A stretch of 64,000 nt of DNA from Amoebidium appalachense. Its lineage: Eukaryota; Protista; Ichthyosporea. Below the pieces are notes generated by a model. The model was not told the DNA's origin, searched no databases, and saw only the letters and a program-made list of their open reading frames with translations. The DNA lies in NCBI GenBank assembly GCA_963693365.1, contig CAVNZM010000002.1:15595615-15659614 (forward strand). Reading direction: 5' to 3'. Position numbers and translations under genes: made by a program. Each line of letters opens with the position of its first letter. Position 1 is the first letter of the stretch. Below, one piece after another: positions 28,729 through 43,275 of this stretch.

Positions 28729-29403
28729 GAAGGGGAGGGGAGGGGGGGAGAAGGGGAGGGGGAGGGGGGAGGAAGGGAGGGGGGAGGGGAGGGGCAGTGC
28801 TTAGGCTAGAACACTAAATTAATGACTACTGGTTCGTAATTAAATGAGTTAAAATAAAGAAAACGAATCCTCAAACTAGTACTACTGAGATTAGACAGCT
28901 ACAGTAGCTTAGCCTACAGTGCTATAACTGCCGTACGGCTTGCAATATGAAATGACGTCACACTGTTTTACCCTATATGGTACAGTAGTAAATATTTTGA
29001 CGTTATTTCAGATTGAATACCATCGGGTCACTCAGCTTGGGGACAGTGTGACAGGGACTCGTTGGGTCTTTGGAGGGAGTAGGGGGTCCCTGGGGGAAGG
29101 GGGGGGGGGGGGGGGGGGGGGAAGGGGGGGGGGGGGGGAAGGGGGTGGGGGGGAGGGGAGGGGGAGGGGGGAAGGGGACTCGAGCAGGTGTGGCGTAACC
29201 TGCCAAAAAAATGTTTTGGGGTTTTGGCTCGGTAAACCAATTAGGGTCGCGGTGTTTTGCTTCCTGTATTGTTGAAGCGAGTCAACAAGAAAGTATATGG
29301 ACAACATAAGAGAAATTGAGTCTCGGTGTGCATTCACTTACCAATTTGGCCATGGAGGATATCACTCGCGTCCGCGCGCGCATCGTGCACCACACACCAC
29401 AAA

Positions 29404-29500
<97 letters not shown>

Positions 29501-29798
29501 GCACCTGTAGGGACTGCTCTTTTTCATTTCAATATTCTTCTCTACCCTCCCCCTCTCCCCCCTCCCCCTCCCCCCCTCCCTCCCCCCCCCCCCACCACGG
29601 TCACCCACTACACCTACCCGGGCCCCACCCATCCTTCGGCTACCGGTCTTTTCCACCTCTCTCTTCGCTTATGCCTCTCTCAGCTTCCTCTCACACCTCA
29701 TATTATGCCACCTCTCCTTGAGACGTTTAAATCTCTTCTACAAAACTATGTATATTAGTCCACTTCTCACGCTCCCTATCATTATACACACACAATGC

Positions 29799-30135
29799 CC
29801 CAACCACATCGGCCGGGTCAGCTTGCTCCGGGCAGCCTGATTCTTCCGCAAAAAAGTTGTCTGCTAAAGGCAGAGTTATTTTGCAAAACGCAAAGCATTC
29901 TGAAAAGCAGAGATCTTAGGCAAAAGCATTATTATTCTTCTAAAGCAGAATTAAAAAGGTTTCTAAACGCTTCTTGTGGAGAAAATCTGCGCAGCATGCT
30001 TTTTCATAATGTGATTCTGCTTTTGCAGGATAACTCTGCTTTTGCAGAATAATTCTTCGCAGTGCAGAATAATTCTGCTTTTAGCAGAATAATGTATTAT
30101 CCTCTGAGCAAGTTGACTCTGCCGATGTGGTTGGG
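29799..30135. mobile_element. MITE, CACTA/EnSpm-like, copy 2
   Basis: Same TIRs and AGCAGAAT subrepeats as 7946-8375; flanked by TGC on both sides (3-bp TSD). Confidence 0.8.
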
Positions 30136-30401
30136 TGCGCACTCACACACACACTTACATGTACATGTTGTAGTCCATGTAAGGTACGTACAGTCACGCC
30201 TGTTTGTTCTATCTAAAGGTATGTTTATCGTAGGCGATATCGATGGCGCAAACATAGATAGGGAATGCGCAAACATCTTAGTATGAAGTTATGAAACCAC
30301 CATCATGGCATTTTCAAGCGTCATGCATGGTCATCGTGTGTTTAGTGGAGGATGTCTAAGCATGTCGGCTGGCAATTGCAAAATCATGATGACAAAAGTC
30401 A

Positions 30402-30437
<36 letters not shown>

Positions 30438-30450
30438 GGGGACGGGAGAG

Positions 30451-30682
<232 letters not shown>

Positions 30683-30892
30683 ACCGCACGAGCTAATTAT
30701 TATTAGCAGCGGGGGAACCGTTCGTTCATGTATCTGCAGTTGCCAGCGCTGTTTTGGGCTGCCAGTGCACTTGTACAACTGGCTGCAATATTAAGAGACT
30801 GTTTTGCTACTGAAGGAGGGGGGGGGAAAGGGGAGCTCGGGAAATTTGTAGGTCGGGGATCGAACACCAGTCCCCCAAATGTTTTGGTGGGA

Positions 30893-30961
<69 letters not shown>

Positions 30962-31162
30962 CATGAGGGTTGTTCTATCGGGGTAGTTTCAACATACAAC
31001 ATAGGCGGTGCATTAGTACTAAAAATTGTACACCGTGGAGCTTGAGCTCACCGCCAGCCGGGATATTCATACAAGACGGAACAAATTTATTATCGTAAGG
31101 AATGCAGCATGCATATTTTGACCATATATGGTCACGGTGAGCCACTACAATTTACAAGTAGG

Positions 31163-31474
31163 CAGGGTTCGAAGGACGGTGGAGCCCATTAACGGAAGTC
31201 GAAATCCCGTTTCGGAAAACCTCTTCGAAAATCGGAATGCTCCGTCGGAGCAGGCCCACCAAAAATCGTAATCATCGCGCATCAGTAAACTAGGGCATGC
31301 TTATTTGTGCCTATATTGCACCAAAATGTAATTATAATGCATACTCAAAAACCCCTGTGGTTATTAGAGGCCTTCCTGGTGTTGGCAGTTGAAGCTTTGA
31401 AGGAATAAAAGGGAAATATGAAGTGCATTAATGCACAATATATATGTACATTTTGTCTCCGTATTTAATAATAT

Positions 31475-31529
<55 letters not shown>

Positions 31530-31822
31530 GTGAGTTGAGGCAGCAACATGGGAAGCTCAGGCAGAAATCGAATGTTTGGGGGGGGGGCCGGGAGAGGTGG
31601 GGGGGGGGGGAGGGGGGGGGGGGGGAAGAAAATCAGGTTGGGTGGTTGTGTCTGTGTTTGCGTGTGTGTGAGTATTTTTCTTTGCAATTGTGTGTGTGTG
31701 TGTGTGGTGGGTATGTATGCACGGTTTGTGTGTCTGTGTGTATGTGTACAGGTGTGGGTGTGTGTATTTGTGTCAGCGGTAATCGGTGTGTGTGTCTATG
31801 TTGTGTGCATGTGTGCACATGT

Positions 31823-31873
<51 letters not shown>

Positions 31874-32061
31874 CATGACATTGTGTGCATGTGTGTGTGT
31901 GTTTTGCGTCAACGGTTATGGGGTGCGTGTATGTATGTACAGTGTGTGTATGTATGTGTGTGTGTGTGCTGTGTGGTGTGTATGTATGCAGGGTGTGTGT
32001 GTCTGTGTATGTGTGTGTACATGCCAGTGTGGGTGTGTGTGTTTGTACCAACAATTTCTTG

Positions 32062-32096
<35 letters not shown>

Positions 32097-32147
32097 GCCA
32101 CGGAGTGTGTGTGCGTGCGCCGTGTACATGGTGTGTGTGTGCAGTGT

Positions 32148-32186
<39 letters not shown>

Positions 32187-32845
32187 TGTTTGTGTGTGTA
32201 TGTGGGTGGGTGGGTGCATAGCATGTGATTGTACAGGGTGGATGCATGTGCACGTTTGTAATACAGTTATCATGATCTGAGATATTATGTGCCTGTGCAC
32301 GTGTACTAGCCTAGGTCACATGATTGTGTGGTGTCACGGCTGTGTATGTATGTGCATGTGCGTCTTTGAACGGAACACAGTGGTGCACAGTGTGTGTATC
32401 GCCTGCCATTGAAGACGCGTGCCACTGATCGTGATACACGTGGCACCTGCACCTGGTGGCCGTCGACTCTGAGCATCTAGATCCATTCCATGTTTAGGCC
32501 TTCCTGGGGGGAATGGGGGGGGGGGGGGGGGAGGGGGGAGTACTAGTAGGGGGGGGGGGGGGGGAAGGATCCGCCTGAGAGGGGGGGGGGGGGAGGGGTG
32601 AGGCCGGAGCGGCGGTGGGGGGAGAAGGAGGGGCAGCACTGGTGGAGGGAACGGTGGGCAGCGGAGGAGGGGGGAATGGGGTTCGATTTCTGGGGGTGGG
32701 GGAGTTTTGAAGTGGAGGCCGGCCTATATACAGTGATATACATATGTCGATATGCGCAGGCATGTGCATTGTATGCTCATGTGGCCATGCATGGCTATGA
32801 TGCATATGTGGTGTCACGGCTGTGTGTGTGTGAATTTGTGTGTGG

Positions 32846-32884
<39 letters not shown>

Positions 32885-33072
32885 TGGGTGTGTGCATAAA
32901 TGTGTTTGGTGTGACAACATGTACATGTGCTAGCTGGCGCTGTAGTCAGGGTCTGCCATTGAACATTCTACAGGGACAGGGAGACACGTACGTACGTGTG
33001 CAGCTTGTGTGGGTGGTGTATGCCCCGTGTATGATGAGACCTGCGAAGTCATGAGAAGCTTCCCCCCGGGGG

Positions 33073-33111
<39 letters not shown>

Positions 33112-33202
33112 CTCGCACGTTCCGATTCGGCCGGGACGATTTTCGGAACTGTGTTTTCAAATATCGGAAATTCCGATTTTTTTTTCGTAACTTCGAACCC
33201 TG
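31163..33202 (+). mobile_element. Non-autonomous hAT transposon, copy 1
   Basis: 12-bp TIR CAGGGTTCGAAG/CTTCGAACCCTG; 8-bp TSD CAAGTAGG; homologous to 45172-49648. Confidence 0.92.
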
Positions 33203-33662
33203 CAAGTAGGCGGCCGGCTAAAACCAAAAAAAAGCCAGGCGCGCCGTAGGCCCGTAGCCTCGCCCCAGTCCTCATATGAGGACCCGTAATAATAATAAGG
33301 CTAATATATGTCCACTTACCACAGTGTAGAAACATTTATGTTTTGGTTTTCTGATTCCCCGCGGGTTATGCATAAACGGGAGTTGAATATAGAAGGTTCG
33401 AACTCGATGCGCGCTGTGCAGTTGTGACGCGATATCGACATTGTACAAACTGATGGATCGTGTTGAGCTATCGCGTAATACTGCTAAGGCCTGCACGTTC
33501 TAAGTTCATTTCATTTTTACATAAAGGTCTATGAGTCCGAATGAGGCGCATAGATAGAAAGAAAGGAAAGAGAAAGCGAGAGAGTCTCGGTACATGGTCA
33601 AATATCGAATTCCGCTACGTCACAGTAACGTCACCCTGTCTCTGCTGCATCGGGCATCCGCC

Positions 33663-33701
<39 letters not shown>

Positions 33702-34238
33702 CGGCCGGGACAAACAGAACCGTTGAATATTTTTTTGGCCCGGGTTTATTCGGGTCCCCGCGTTAGGTGGTATCACTCATCACTGAATATGCCCAAAAAT
33801 AAATAACCCAGCATCATCGATATGCATATATATACTGGGCTTGCTGAAATATATGATGTACCTGTAATAAAAGAAATAACGTTAACAGACCATGGCAAGA
33901 TACTGCTACTCACTTTCGGCATCAATGTCTTGCATGCCATGGGGTGATGTTCCTCAGGCGTACGCACGGCTCGTAAACGTAGTATCTTACAACGTCTGTT
34001 TGTCCCGAGCCAAGGGCCAAATTTAGACTAATATTAGGCTCAATGAAACCCTGAAAGCCTTAAGTCGAACGTTTGGGCATATAAAAGGACGCGTTTTGCT
34101 CACCATCACACACTCAAGGGCTCCTGCCTGCGCCCTTAGTAAGTTTACGACGTTTTTGACTACCCCCCGTCCTCAAAACCCGCCAGTCTACGCAGCTACA
34201 GCAACCGAAATAATCCACGTAGATACCCACACGCCACC

Positions 34239-34739
34239 ATGCGCCCCTGCTTCGCCGTCCTTGCCATTGTGGCCATGTGCGTCTCCATGGCAACGGCCAT
34301 GAACCACCGTATGATTGAGGCCAAACTGGCCGAGCTGAAGGAGGAAATTGAAATCATCGCCGATGAGCTCAAGTATGGAGATGACGAACGTGTTCACTCC
34401 AAACACCACAAGTCCATGAACACGGCAGAGGTCGGGTACAAGGACGCTACCGTGAAGATGGGAGGTGATAATGGCGAACTTCAGTTTGTACCCAGTTCAG
34501 TTACAATAAAGGCGGGAGAGTCAGTCATTTGGGTTAACAATCAGGGGTTTCCTCACAACATTGTTTTCGACGAAGACCAAGTTCCCGATGGGGTGAATGC
34601 CGATGCCCTAAGCCATGAAGATTACTTCAACGGACCGGGTGAAAGGTGGAGCATGAAGTTCGACCGCCCGGGCACCTACGTATACTTTTGTGAGCCTCAC
34701 CAGGGTGCTGGCATGGTCGCCAGAATCATAGTCCATTAA
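34239..34739 (+). CDS. petE: Plastocyanin (chlorophyte-type) with secretory signal peptide
   Basis: Mature domain DATVKMGGDNGEL...NNQGFPHNIVFDED...YFCEPHQGAGM with all four type-1 Cu ligands (His, Cys, His, Met); intronless; TATAAAA at ~34080. Confidence 0.93.
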   Translation: MRPCFAVLAIVAMCVSMATAMNHRMIEAKLAELKEEIEIIADELKYGDDERVHSKHHKSMNTAEVGYKDATVKMGGDNGELQFVPSSVTIKAGESVIWVNNQGFPHNIVFDEDQVPDGVNADALSHEDYFNGPGERWSMKFDRPGTYVYFCEPHQGAGMVARIIVH

Positions 34740-35769
34740 GCACATACACATCGGGGCTAACTATTGCAAAGGCATGTCTGGAACCTAGAGCGGCAGCGCT
34801 TTGCACGTGTGACCGCATTAATGAATATTCATAAGTGTTGGTATCCTGCATGGCACTAATGTGTCACGTTAGTGACTGTACTGCCGCTCTTTGTTTCAGG
34901 TAGTGTTAACTTGCTGATGGTGTGTGTTTTGTGTGTATGCGGCTAATAGGTCTGCAAGAGTGTTTGTACCAGATCTGCTTAAAAGTTGCATGCCCCAAAT
35001 GTATGGGCTTGTATACCCGTGACGCCTTACGCCGTGTCGATAAGTATTAGTACTGCTGATACGCATTACACTATATCGGTAAACCGTTGAGCCGGCTCAC
35101 TAGGAATCAATATATATGGGAGTGAAGTTTATAAACCTGTGCCGGCCAAGTAGGAACATATTAGCTGTATGTGCATGATGACGTATGCCATGGATGCTTA
35201 ATAAAGGGGGGATCTCCACAATCCAGACCCTTCCACTTGCACCTCCGTGCAGCCCAACGTGGCTGTTCCGTGAACAGTCCGGAAAGCACTCTGTGTACAT
35301 CCCACGCAATGCGACGAATACAAGTCACAACGAAGAACACGCAATGCGACGAATACAAGTGAACGAAGAACAAGTGTGTTCTAACTGTCCACTAGAGAAT
35401 CCTAACACCCGTGTGCCCGCAAACCACACAACGGCACAATTAATTTTAATTTCCCCCTCAAGCTCCGTTAAAGGGGGTTTCTTTTAGGCCGGTTAGTTGC
35501 CCCCATTCCAGCACATCCGGGTACGGCAAGCCATTTGTTCATCTTACGAATCATGATAAGAACAATACTTTATAATTATTATTCCCTTCTTGATTTCTTT
35601 TTTTTCTCTTTTCTTTCTCTTTTTGTTGTATTATGGCGCATGTGTACCTTGCTGCCGGCAAAACGAAGGTGCGCAGCTGATGCGCAGCACGCCGGTCATA
35701 TAGCTAGAATTCCCTCTGACCCGACCCAGCCCTAAAGTCTAAAAGAAACCTCCTTTCGAAACGACATCG

Positions 35770-35800
<31 letters not shown>

Positions 35801-36579
35801 AGCACAGTCACCCCAGCCGATCCCCACCCACCCGATCCACATTCGTAACTTCAATTAGACCCCCCCCCCCTCCCCCCCCCTCCCTTCCTTCCCGTTTACG
35901 ACGGGGGGCCTCCCAGAAGCCTCCGGATCTATCCGAGTCGATAATGCCTTTCCTTAGTTGGGCCACTCGCTTTGTTATCAATTAATATTATATAATATTT
36001 AACCCCTCCCCCCCCCCCCCCCCCTCCCTCCTCCCCACGCCGTGACACACACACACACACAGTGTCACACGCACCATCACCACCCTACCCAGACACCCAC
36101 CCACTCCTTCCTACTTGAAGTCTCCCCTTTCCGAGTCCCGCCATCCCCCCAACCCGTGGGACCTTTTTCCAGGGTGGGTGGGAACAAGTGTTATTATTAC
36201 CATGATATGTTTGCGCCCACTGCCAGGCAGCCGCGCACTGTATGGCCGAGTCCCAAAATTACTGTGCAATTGGGTCACATAATATACATGCACTACATAA
36301 GTCTTGGCTGTGGGCCGGCCATGAGAGCGAAAGGTCACTACGGGGGCGTGCATCCAGTATAACATACCTCGAAGTGTGCATACAACACCGACTCCTTTTT
36401 CTTGATTGTTTGGGTAGAAAGAAGTTACAAGGTTTTAAATCGGTTTGATTTTACCGGGAGGCCATAATGAAAACTGGTTTGTTGTTGTTTTTTGCCCGTT
36501 TCTTCGGTTTTCAACTCGGGACTGTGTGTGTGTGTGTTGGGGGGGGGGGGGGGGGGGGGGAGGGGAGGGGGGGGGAGAG

Positions 36580-36672
<93 letters not shown>

Positions 36673-37535
36673 GAGAGGAGGGGGAGGGGGGCGGGGGGGG
36701 AGGAGGGAGGAGAGGGGAGGTGTCACGGTGTGGGGGTGGAAGGGGCTCCGGAAAGGAGGGGGAGGCGTTTGGATAGAAATTGGCTTGGGTTGCCTTTAGT
36801 TGGATGGGTGGGGAGGAGGGGAGGGGGGGGGGGGAAGAGAGAGGGGGTTGTCACGGTGTGGGGAGGGTTGGGGGGGGGGAGGGGGGAGGGGAGGCTACGT
36901 AAGTGTGCCACGGCCGCGGCTGACCTGCACACATCGTACACACGCACACACGCGCACGCGTACACACACACACACTCTCTCTCTCATGCACACACACACA
37001 CACATACACACACAACCGATTCAACCATAACTTATGTAACCCTCCGTGCAGCCCCAGCCGGTCATGGGTTAAAGGGGGAGAGGGGGCAGGGGGGCGGGGG
37101 AGAGGGTTGGAGGGGAAGAGGGGGAGGAGGGGGCCCCCGGGGGGGGGGGGGGGGGGGGGGGAGGGGGGGGGGGAGGGGGGAGGGGAGGGGGGGAGGGGAG
37201 GGGAGGGGGAGGGGGAGGGGGAGGGGAGGGGGGTCGATTTACAATCGTAATAGGTTAAGGGTTGCATAGATTTGGATTGTAGAGGCGCCTGCTATACGCA
37301 GGTGAAAACATCTTCCGTCCGTATCCCTCCATAAAAACCCCTTCTTAGGTGTTCTTCCTAGCATGATCCTTCAGTAATCCCACCTTTTGTGTGCATGCAA
37401 CCGCGCACGCCCCCACCACCCCCCCCCTCTCCCCACGCACGCACACACCTCTCTAGCACCACCACCACACAGAGACACACCCACGCTCGTGACACACCTG
37501 CATGCACATGTGCAGCCGTGCCCTTGCTCGCTCGT

Positions 37536-37576
<41 letters not shown>

Positions 37577-37674
37577 GGAAAATGTACATGCATATGCAAA
37601 AACACATACACACGTGCCTTCTCCCCCCCCCCTCACACACACACACGTACACAACACACACACACACACACACG

Positions 37675-37711
<37 letters not shown>

Positions 37712-38230
37712 ACACAACAGAACTTAGTCCGGCTATCACAGGTGCAAATTTGAAGAGGGTTTGTTCCACATACACCACAGCAAACATGAAACGTGAAAAT
37801 AATGGCAAAAACACCGGAAATATTCAGAAAAGGGCCGAACCCCCTTGATGAGCACCATGGCCCGGACGACACGAAGAAATCCGTTCGTGGAATGATTCTT
37901 GTTCAAAAGAGAAAAGGCAAAAGCAAACCTGCAAAACACACAGCCTGACCAAGACCTGACCAAGACCTGCAAAACCTTCAAGATTTGTTTATAAATTAGT
38001 TCACTTTATTTCGTAATAGCGTAATGTACACAAAAGCCAATCACACTAAAAGGACTGTCACACACCAAACACTCTTTCACATCAGCGAAAACATTTATCT
38101 ACAAAAACCTTTACATGCCGGCATACCATGATAATCGGGCTAATTCTAATTATAAAAATTGTACAATTGTTGTTCAGAAGTTTTATCTAATAGCTATCAC
38201 TTTAATATCATGCATGCTTTGTTTTTCTTC

Positions 38231-38323
38231 CTATTTCTTTGCAGGCCACTTGTCCATCACACCGATGTGGCTGGTGCCGATGTTGCCGATGAGGAGTTTG
38301 TCCCCGTGGGGGGTCACAGACGT

Positions 38324-38356
<33 letters not shown>

Positions 38357-39020
38357 CAGAGAGAGGGAAAGAGATAGAGAGGGGGAAAGGGGAGAGGGGG
38401 GGGGGGGAGGGAGATAGAGAGGACGGGGGGGGGGGGGGGAGACTCAGAGAGAAGGGAGAGAGAGAGCGAGAAAAAGATTGTGAGTGTGTGTGAGTAAGAG
38501 AGTGTGTGTTCGTGTGTGCGTGTTTGTGCGAGTGTGAGTGTGGGCACGAGTGTGTGCGTGCACCCACCTTTTTTTCCTAAGGAAATGGAAGCAGTGGACA
38601 ATTTTTTCTTTTTTTCCTTCTTGCTTTTTCTTTTTTATGTGTGTGTGGGTTTGTGTGAATGCGTGGGGGGGGAAAGAGGGGGGGGGAGGGGGCGAATGCA
38701 TGTGTCGTGACACAAGACATAAAACACAAGTCAGACAGAAATGGACCACGGAGGGGATGTTTTGTTGATGTTTGGAGGACGGGATGGAGGGCAGGGGGTC
38801 GGGGGGGGTGGGGTGGGATGGTTGGGTGGGTGGGAGGGGAGGGGGGGGATTAAATACATGTTTGAAAAGTGTGCCATGGGGGTCCTGCAGGGTTCGAATC
38901 AATTTGCCATCCGCCGAGTAGTGGAGGATCAGGCCGTAATCGGTCGTGGGGATGGACGCCCAACCGGAGATGGTGATCATCTGTGTGTGTGCGTGTGCGT
39001 GCGTGTGTGTGTGTGTGTGT

Positions 39021-39051
<31 letters not shown>

Positions 39052-40699
39052 CGTGTGTGTGTGTGTGTTGGCGCGCGGGGCGGGGGGGGGGGGGGGGGGG
39101 GGGGGGGGGTAAGTAATCGTTACAGGCTAAGAAGTACACACGAGACGGTGGTCATTGCAATGCACATGCTGCAAAACCGCACACAAAGAGTGTGCATCAT
39201 GAGTAGAGCCCATTTTTAGGGCGGCCCAGTAAATACACAGTACCCAATTTCCGACCCATTCACTCCAAAAGCCCAGCTCAGATTCTGCTTCACTTGAATG
39301 TGCTACCCGCCCAGATGAACCGAAGGGGTAGGGTTGGGGGCGGTGGTGGTGGGGTGGGAGGGGAGAAGGGCAGGTTTGGTCATTGCATAGAACGATATAA
39401 TAAGGGAAACATTAAAACACATACCGCATGCAATAATATGCAGACATAAGAACGCAAAAAGATAGCATGTATGAGAATGTGTGTTGGTATGTGTACGACT
39501 CGTGGATGAATGTATGCCAACTTGCTAATCGGCGCGCACGTGCGCGCGCGCGCGCGCGTGTGTGTGTGTGCTCGTGTCTCGTAACCACGTTGTCGCAGCC
39601 ATGAAAGGGCTTATATAGGCACATGTGTGCACCCATAGTCGTTTTAAGTTTGCTCCGTTTTACTTCTGCCTGTGGCGTGTCTTATATCCGTATCTGTCAC
39701 TCCTCCGCCTTTTATTAACACTTCACCTTCCCTTCCTTTTACTTGTTTTCTACTTTTTGTTTTCACGCGCAGGAGAGGAAGATGGACTAATTAGGGGACC
39801 GGGGGGATGGGAGGGGGAAAAGGTGTTGGAGGGGAGCGGGCAGGGGGGGGGGGGGGGGGGTTGTTGCATACGAAGTTCTGGACTTGTGTCTGCAGGGCAG
39901 GATACTGCCAGCCACACACAGCCTTCATGAGGGGGGTCACCAGTGTGTAAATGGCCACATACACACTGCCATCCGTAGCGTCAACCTTAACTCCATCAGG
40001 TGTGCCCGGCAGCCCCTCAACACTGTGGCCAATCAGAAGGGTGAGAATAAAGCCAAATATGGACATGATCTAAAGGAAATTAATGATAGGTCGACATAAC
40101 GTGATGAAGTGTGGATCAAGATGATTTGACGAAGTGTAGGTGTTATCTGTGAAACCAGGGTTGATCTGATGATACCGACTTCATTTAGCCATGTTGCCAT
40201 GCGTTGTCTCTGTGTGTGGCTCATAAGCATATACGGGTGGCTCACAATTAGATAGACAATAATGCAAATACGAAAGTTTAGATAGACAATAATGCAAGTA
40301 CGAAAATTTAGATAGACAATAATGTATTTAGAAACTTTAGTAAGAAGAATGGAAATCATGCATAATGATAGCTCGTTTGTCTCATTCTCTTCTCCTCCCT
40401 GCTCCCTGTATCACACATTTCTCCATACAAAATCCTGTAACAGCAAGCTCAATGTGCTTCTTCAAGCACCAATCAAAGAACACCACTTCCATATATGGTA
40501 CTCACAATATATCCGTTTTTCCCGCCTTTGGCCCTTTCAGCCAATGGCGTGAGACCCGAAAAGCGCCGGTTTCAGCCACCAATACTGCGTCCTGATTGGC
40601 TGTAAGGGTCACCCCGTTGGCAAAGTAGAGCCCCGTGGCAAGCACAGACGTAGACAGGGTGCTGGGGTCATACGCTGTGTGTGTGTGTGTGTGCGTGTG

Positions 40700-40778
<79 letters not shown>

Positions 40779-40781
40779 CGG

Positions 40782-40819
<38 letters not shown>

Positions 40820-41291
40820 TGTCTATATGTGCATACGTGGTGCATGTGTGTGTGTGCATGTGAGTGTGCGTGTATCACAGAGTGTGTTAGCAATCACAGT
40901 GCACATGCGCAAGGACAGAGAGAGAGGGGGGGGGGGGGGGTTTGAATAGAAATACGGCACTAAGTACATATACACGATAGAAGCATGGTGCAGAACACAT
41001 GCAAAGGCAAAATATTCAAGTATGCAACATCAGCAATGCGCACAGTATGCGTCATAAGCAGAGCCCATCCTCAGGGAGGCCCCGGGCGACAGTGAAACAC
41101 GGACCAACAACTAGGGATGAGCGATCACCATAGGGTCATGCAAGTGCTAGCACATCTTCATATGCTTATATTCACGTGTGTGTGCGGGTGGGTGCGTAAA
41201 ATGTAAATGGAATGGTGTGTGCCCTTGGTGTTATTGAAATTTGTGTGTGTGCGTGGTCGTTGACGCAGTAGTAGGTGGGGAGCTCCCCCCC

Positions 41292-41322
<31 letters not shown>

Positions 41323-41393
41323 AAAAACTCCGCCTCTCGCGTCCCCTTCCATTCTCTCTCCCCTGCCCCCCCCTCCACCCCCCCCTTCCCCCC

Positions 41394-41439
<46 letters not shown>

Positions 41440-41694
41440 TCTCTTCCCCTCCCTCCCCCCCCCCCTCCCCCCCCTCCCCCCAGCACCTCTCTTAACCATA
41501 CCCACAAAAACATCCACACAGCAATATTTGATCATCCAAGGCACCATATAGCCTCCCTGCTATACTGAAAAACGTTTTAACCCAAGATGTAAACCTAACC
41601 CCCCATCAATGTCCCATTCACTTACTCTCACCACAGCTATAGTCAGAGAAGCCTATGCCATCCCCCCTCCCCACTCCCCTCTCCTTCCGGACTT

Positions 41695-41735
<41 letters not shown>

Positions 41736-42086
41736 ACCACCACCACCACCGGATAATAAAAAAAACAGGAAGAAAGAGCAAGAAAGGGAAAGAAACTAAA
41801 TAACTGCTCTGCTCCCTCAGGTACCTGCCTCACTCAATCCCCCTCCCCTCCCCCCCCCCCCCAAAAAAAAAATAAAAAATAAAATAAAAAAAAGATTAAA
41901 TCAAAAAGATCAAAAGCGGGAAAGAAAAAAAGAAAAGAAAAAGAAAGGAAAAGGGAAAGATCTACAAACGCGGCATTCACATCAGACCCAACCCTTGCAC
42001 TCACCCAGTAGTCTGCCTGAAGCCACACCACTTGTGAAATCCACCTTGGCCGTGTACACAATGTCTGTGAAGCGTCACATGTCAGC

Positions 42087-42121
<35 letters not shown>

Positions 42122-42290
42122 TTCCCCAAGAAAAAAAAAGAAAAAGAAAAAGAAAAAGAAAAGAAAAGGAAAAAAAAAACAAAAACCGACAGACAGACAC
42201 ATGCACAACCATCCCCTTCTCCGCCCCACACCTCTCCCACAAACACTCCTTTTTTCAGGCTGCCTCCACACAGGCTTCACTCCTCGCTCC

Positions 42291-42325
<35 letters not shown>

Positions 42326-43239
42326 CACACACAGGCACACACACACACAATTCCCACTTTTCTATTTTCCTTTCACGATAGTTCAGGACTGCTCGTTTAA
42401 AGTAACGACGGAGCCCCTGGGCGGGCACTCGGGGGGCGGGGGGAGGGGGGGGGAAGCGATGATCCTAGTTTGGTTTTTGTTCTTTCCTCTTTTGGGGGGT
42501 GATGATGGTGACAGTGGTGGGATTGGAGGGGTTCTATCATATAAGTTTATTTGGATGCAAACTCTTCTTAGTGATATGAACCACCTGCGCAACACAACCT
42601 TTGCCACAACTTATCCTTGCATTCGTCGTATACACCCAGAAAATCCACATGACACAATAGGCAGAAATTCAAACAAGGTGAACAATACAAAAGCAAATAA
42701 ACATTGAAAAGAAGCCTCCCCCGTCTCCCCCTCCCCCCCCCCCCCCCCCCTCCCTCCCCCCCCGTGCCGTCACTCACCGAGGTTGTTGTGAAAATCCACA
42801 GGCACCCTAATAGCCGATGCATCGCTGAAATAAATTTTGCCGTCCTCTGCAATGGTGATGTCATCGGCATAGTTGATTGGCTGCCCGCCTGCCTGGGCCG
42901 CCAACACGGTGACCTGACGGGTTGTCTTGTCGACCTTTACTAGGCCCTTCTGACACTCGGCTAGAATCAGGTCCCCGTTCTGTGTGTGTACGTGTACGTG
43001 TATGTACGTATGTACGTGTGCGTGCCACCAGGGGGGGGGGGGGGGGGGAGGTACGTGTGTGTGTACGTGTGTGTGTGTGTGCATGTGTACGTGATTGTGT
43101 GCGTCACAAAAAGTGTGTTCGTGTTGTGTTGTGTGTGTCACTGTGTGTGTGTCACTGTGTGTGTGTCACTGTGTGTGTGTTTGTGTTTGCGTGTGTGTGT
43201 GTGTTTGTGTTGTGTTGTGTGTGTGTGTCACTGTGTGTC

Positions 43240-43275
<36 letters not shown>

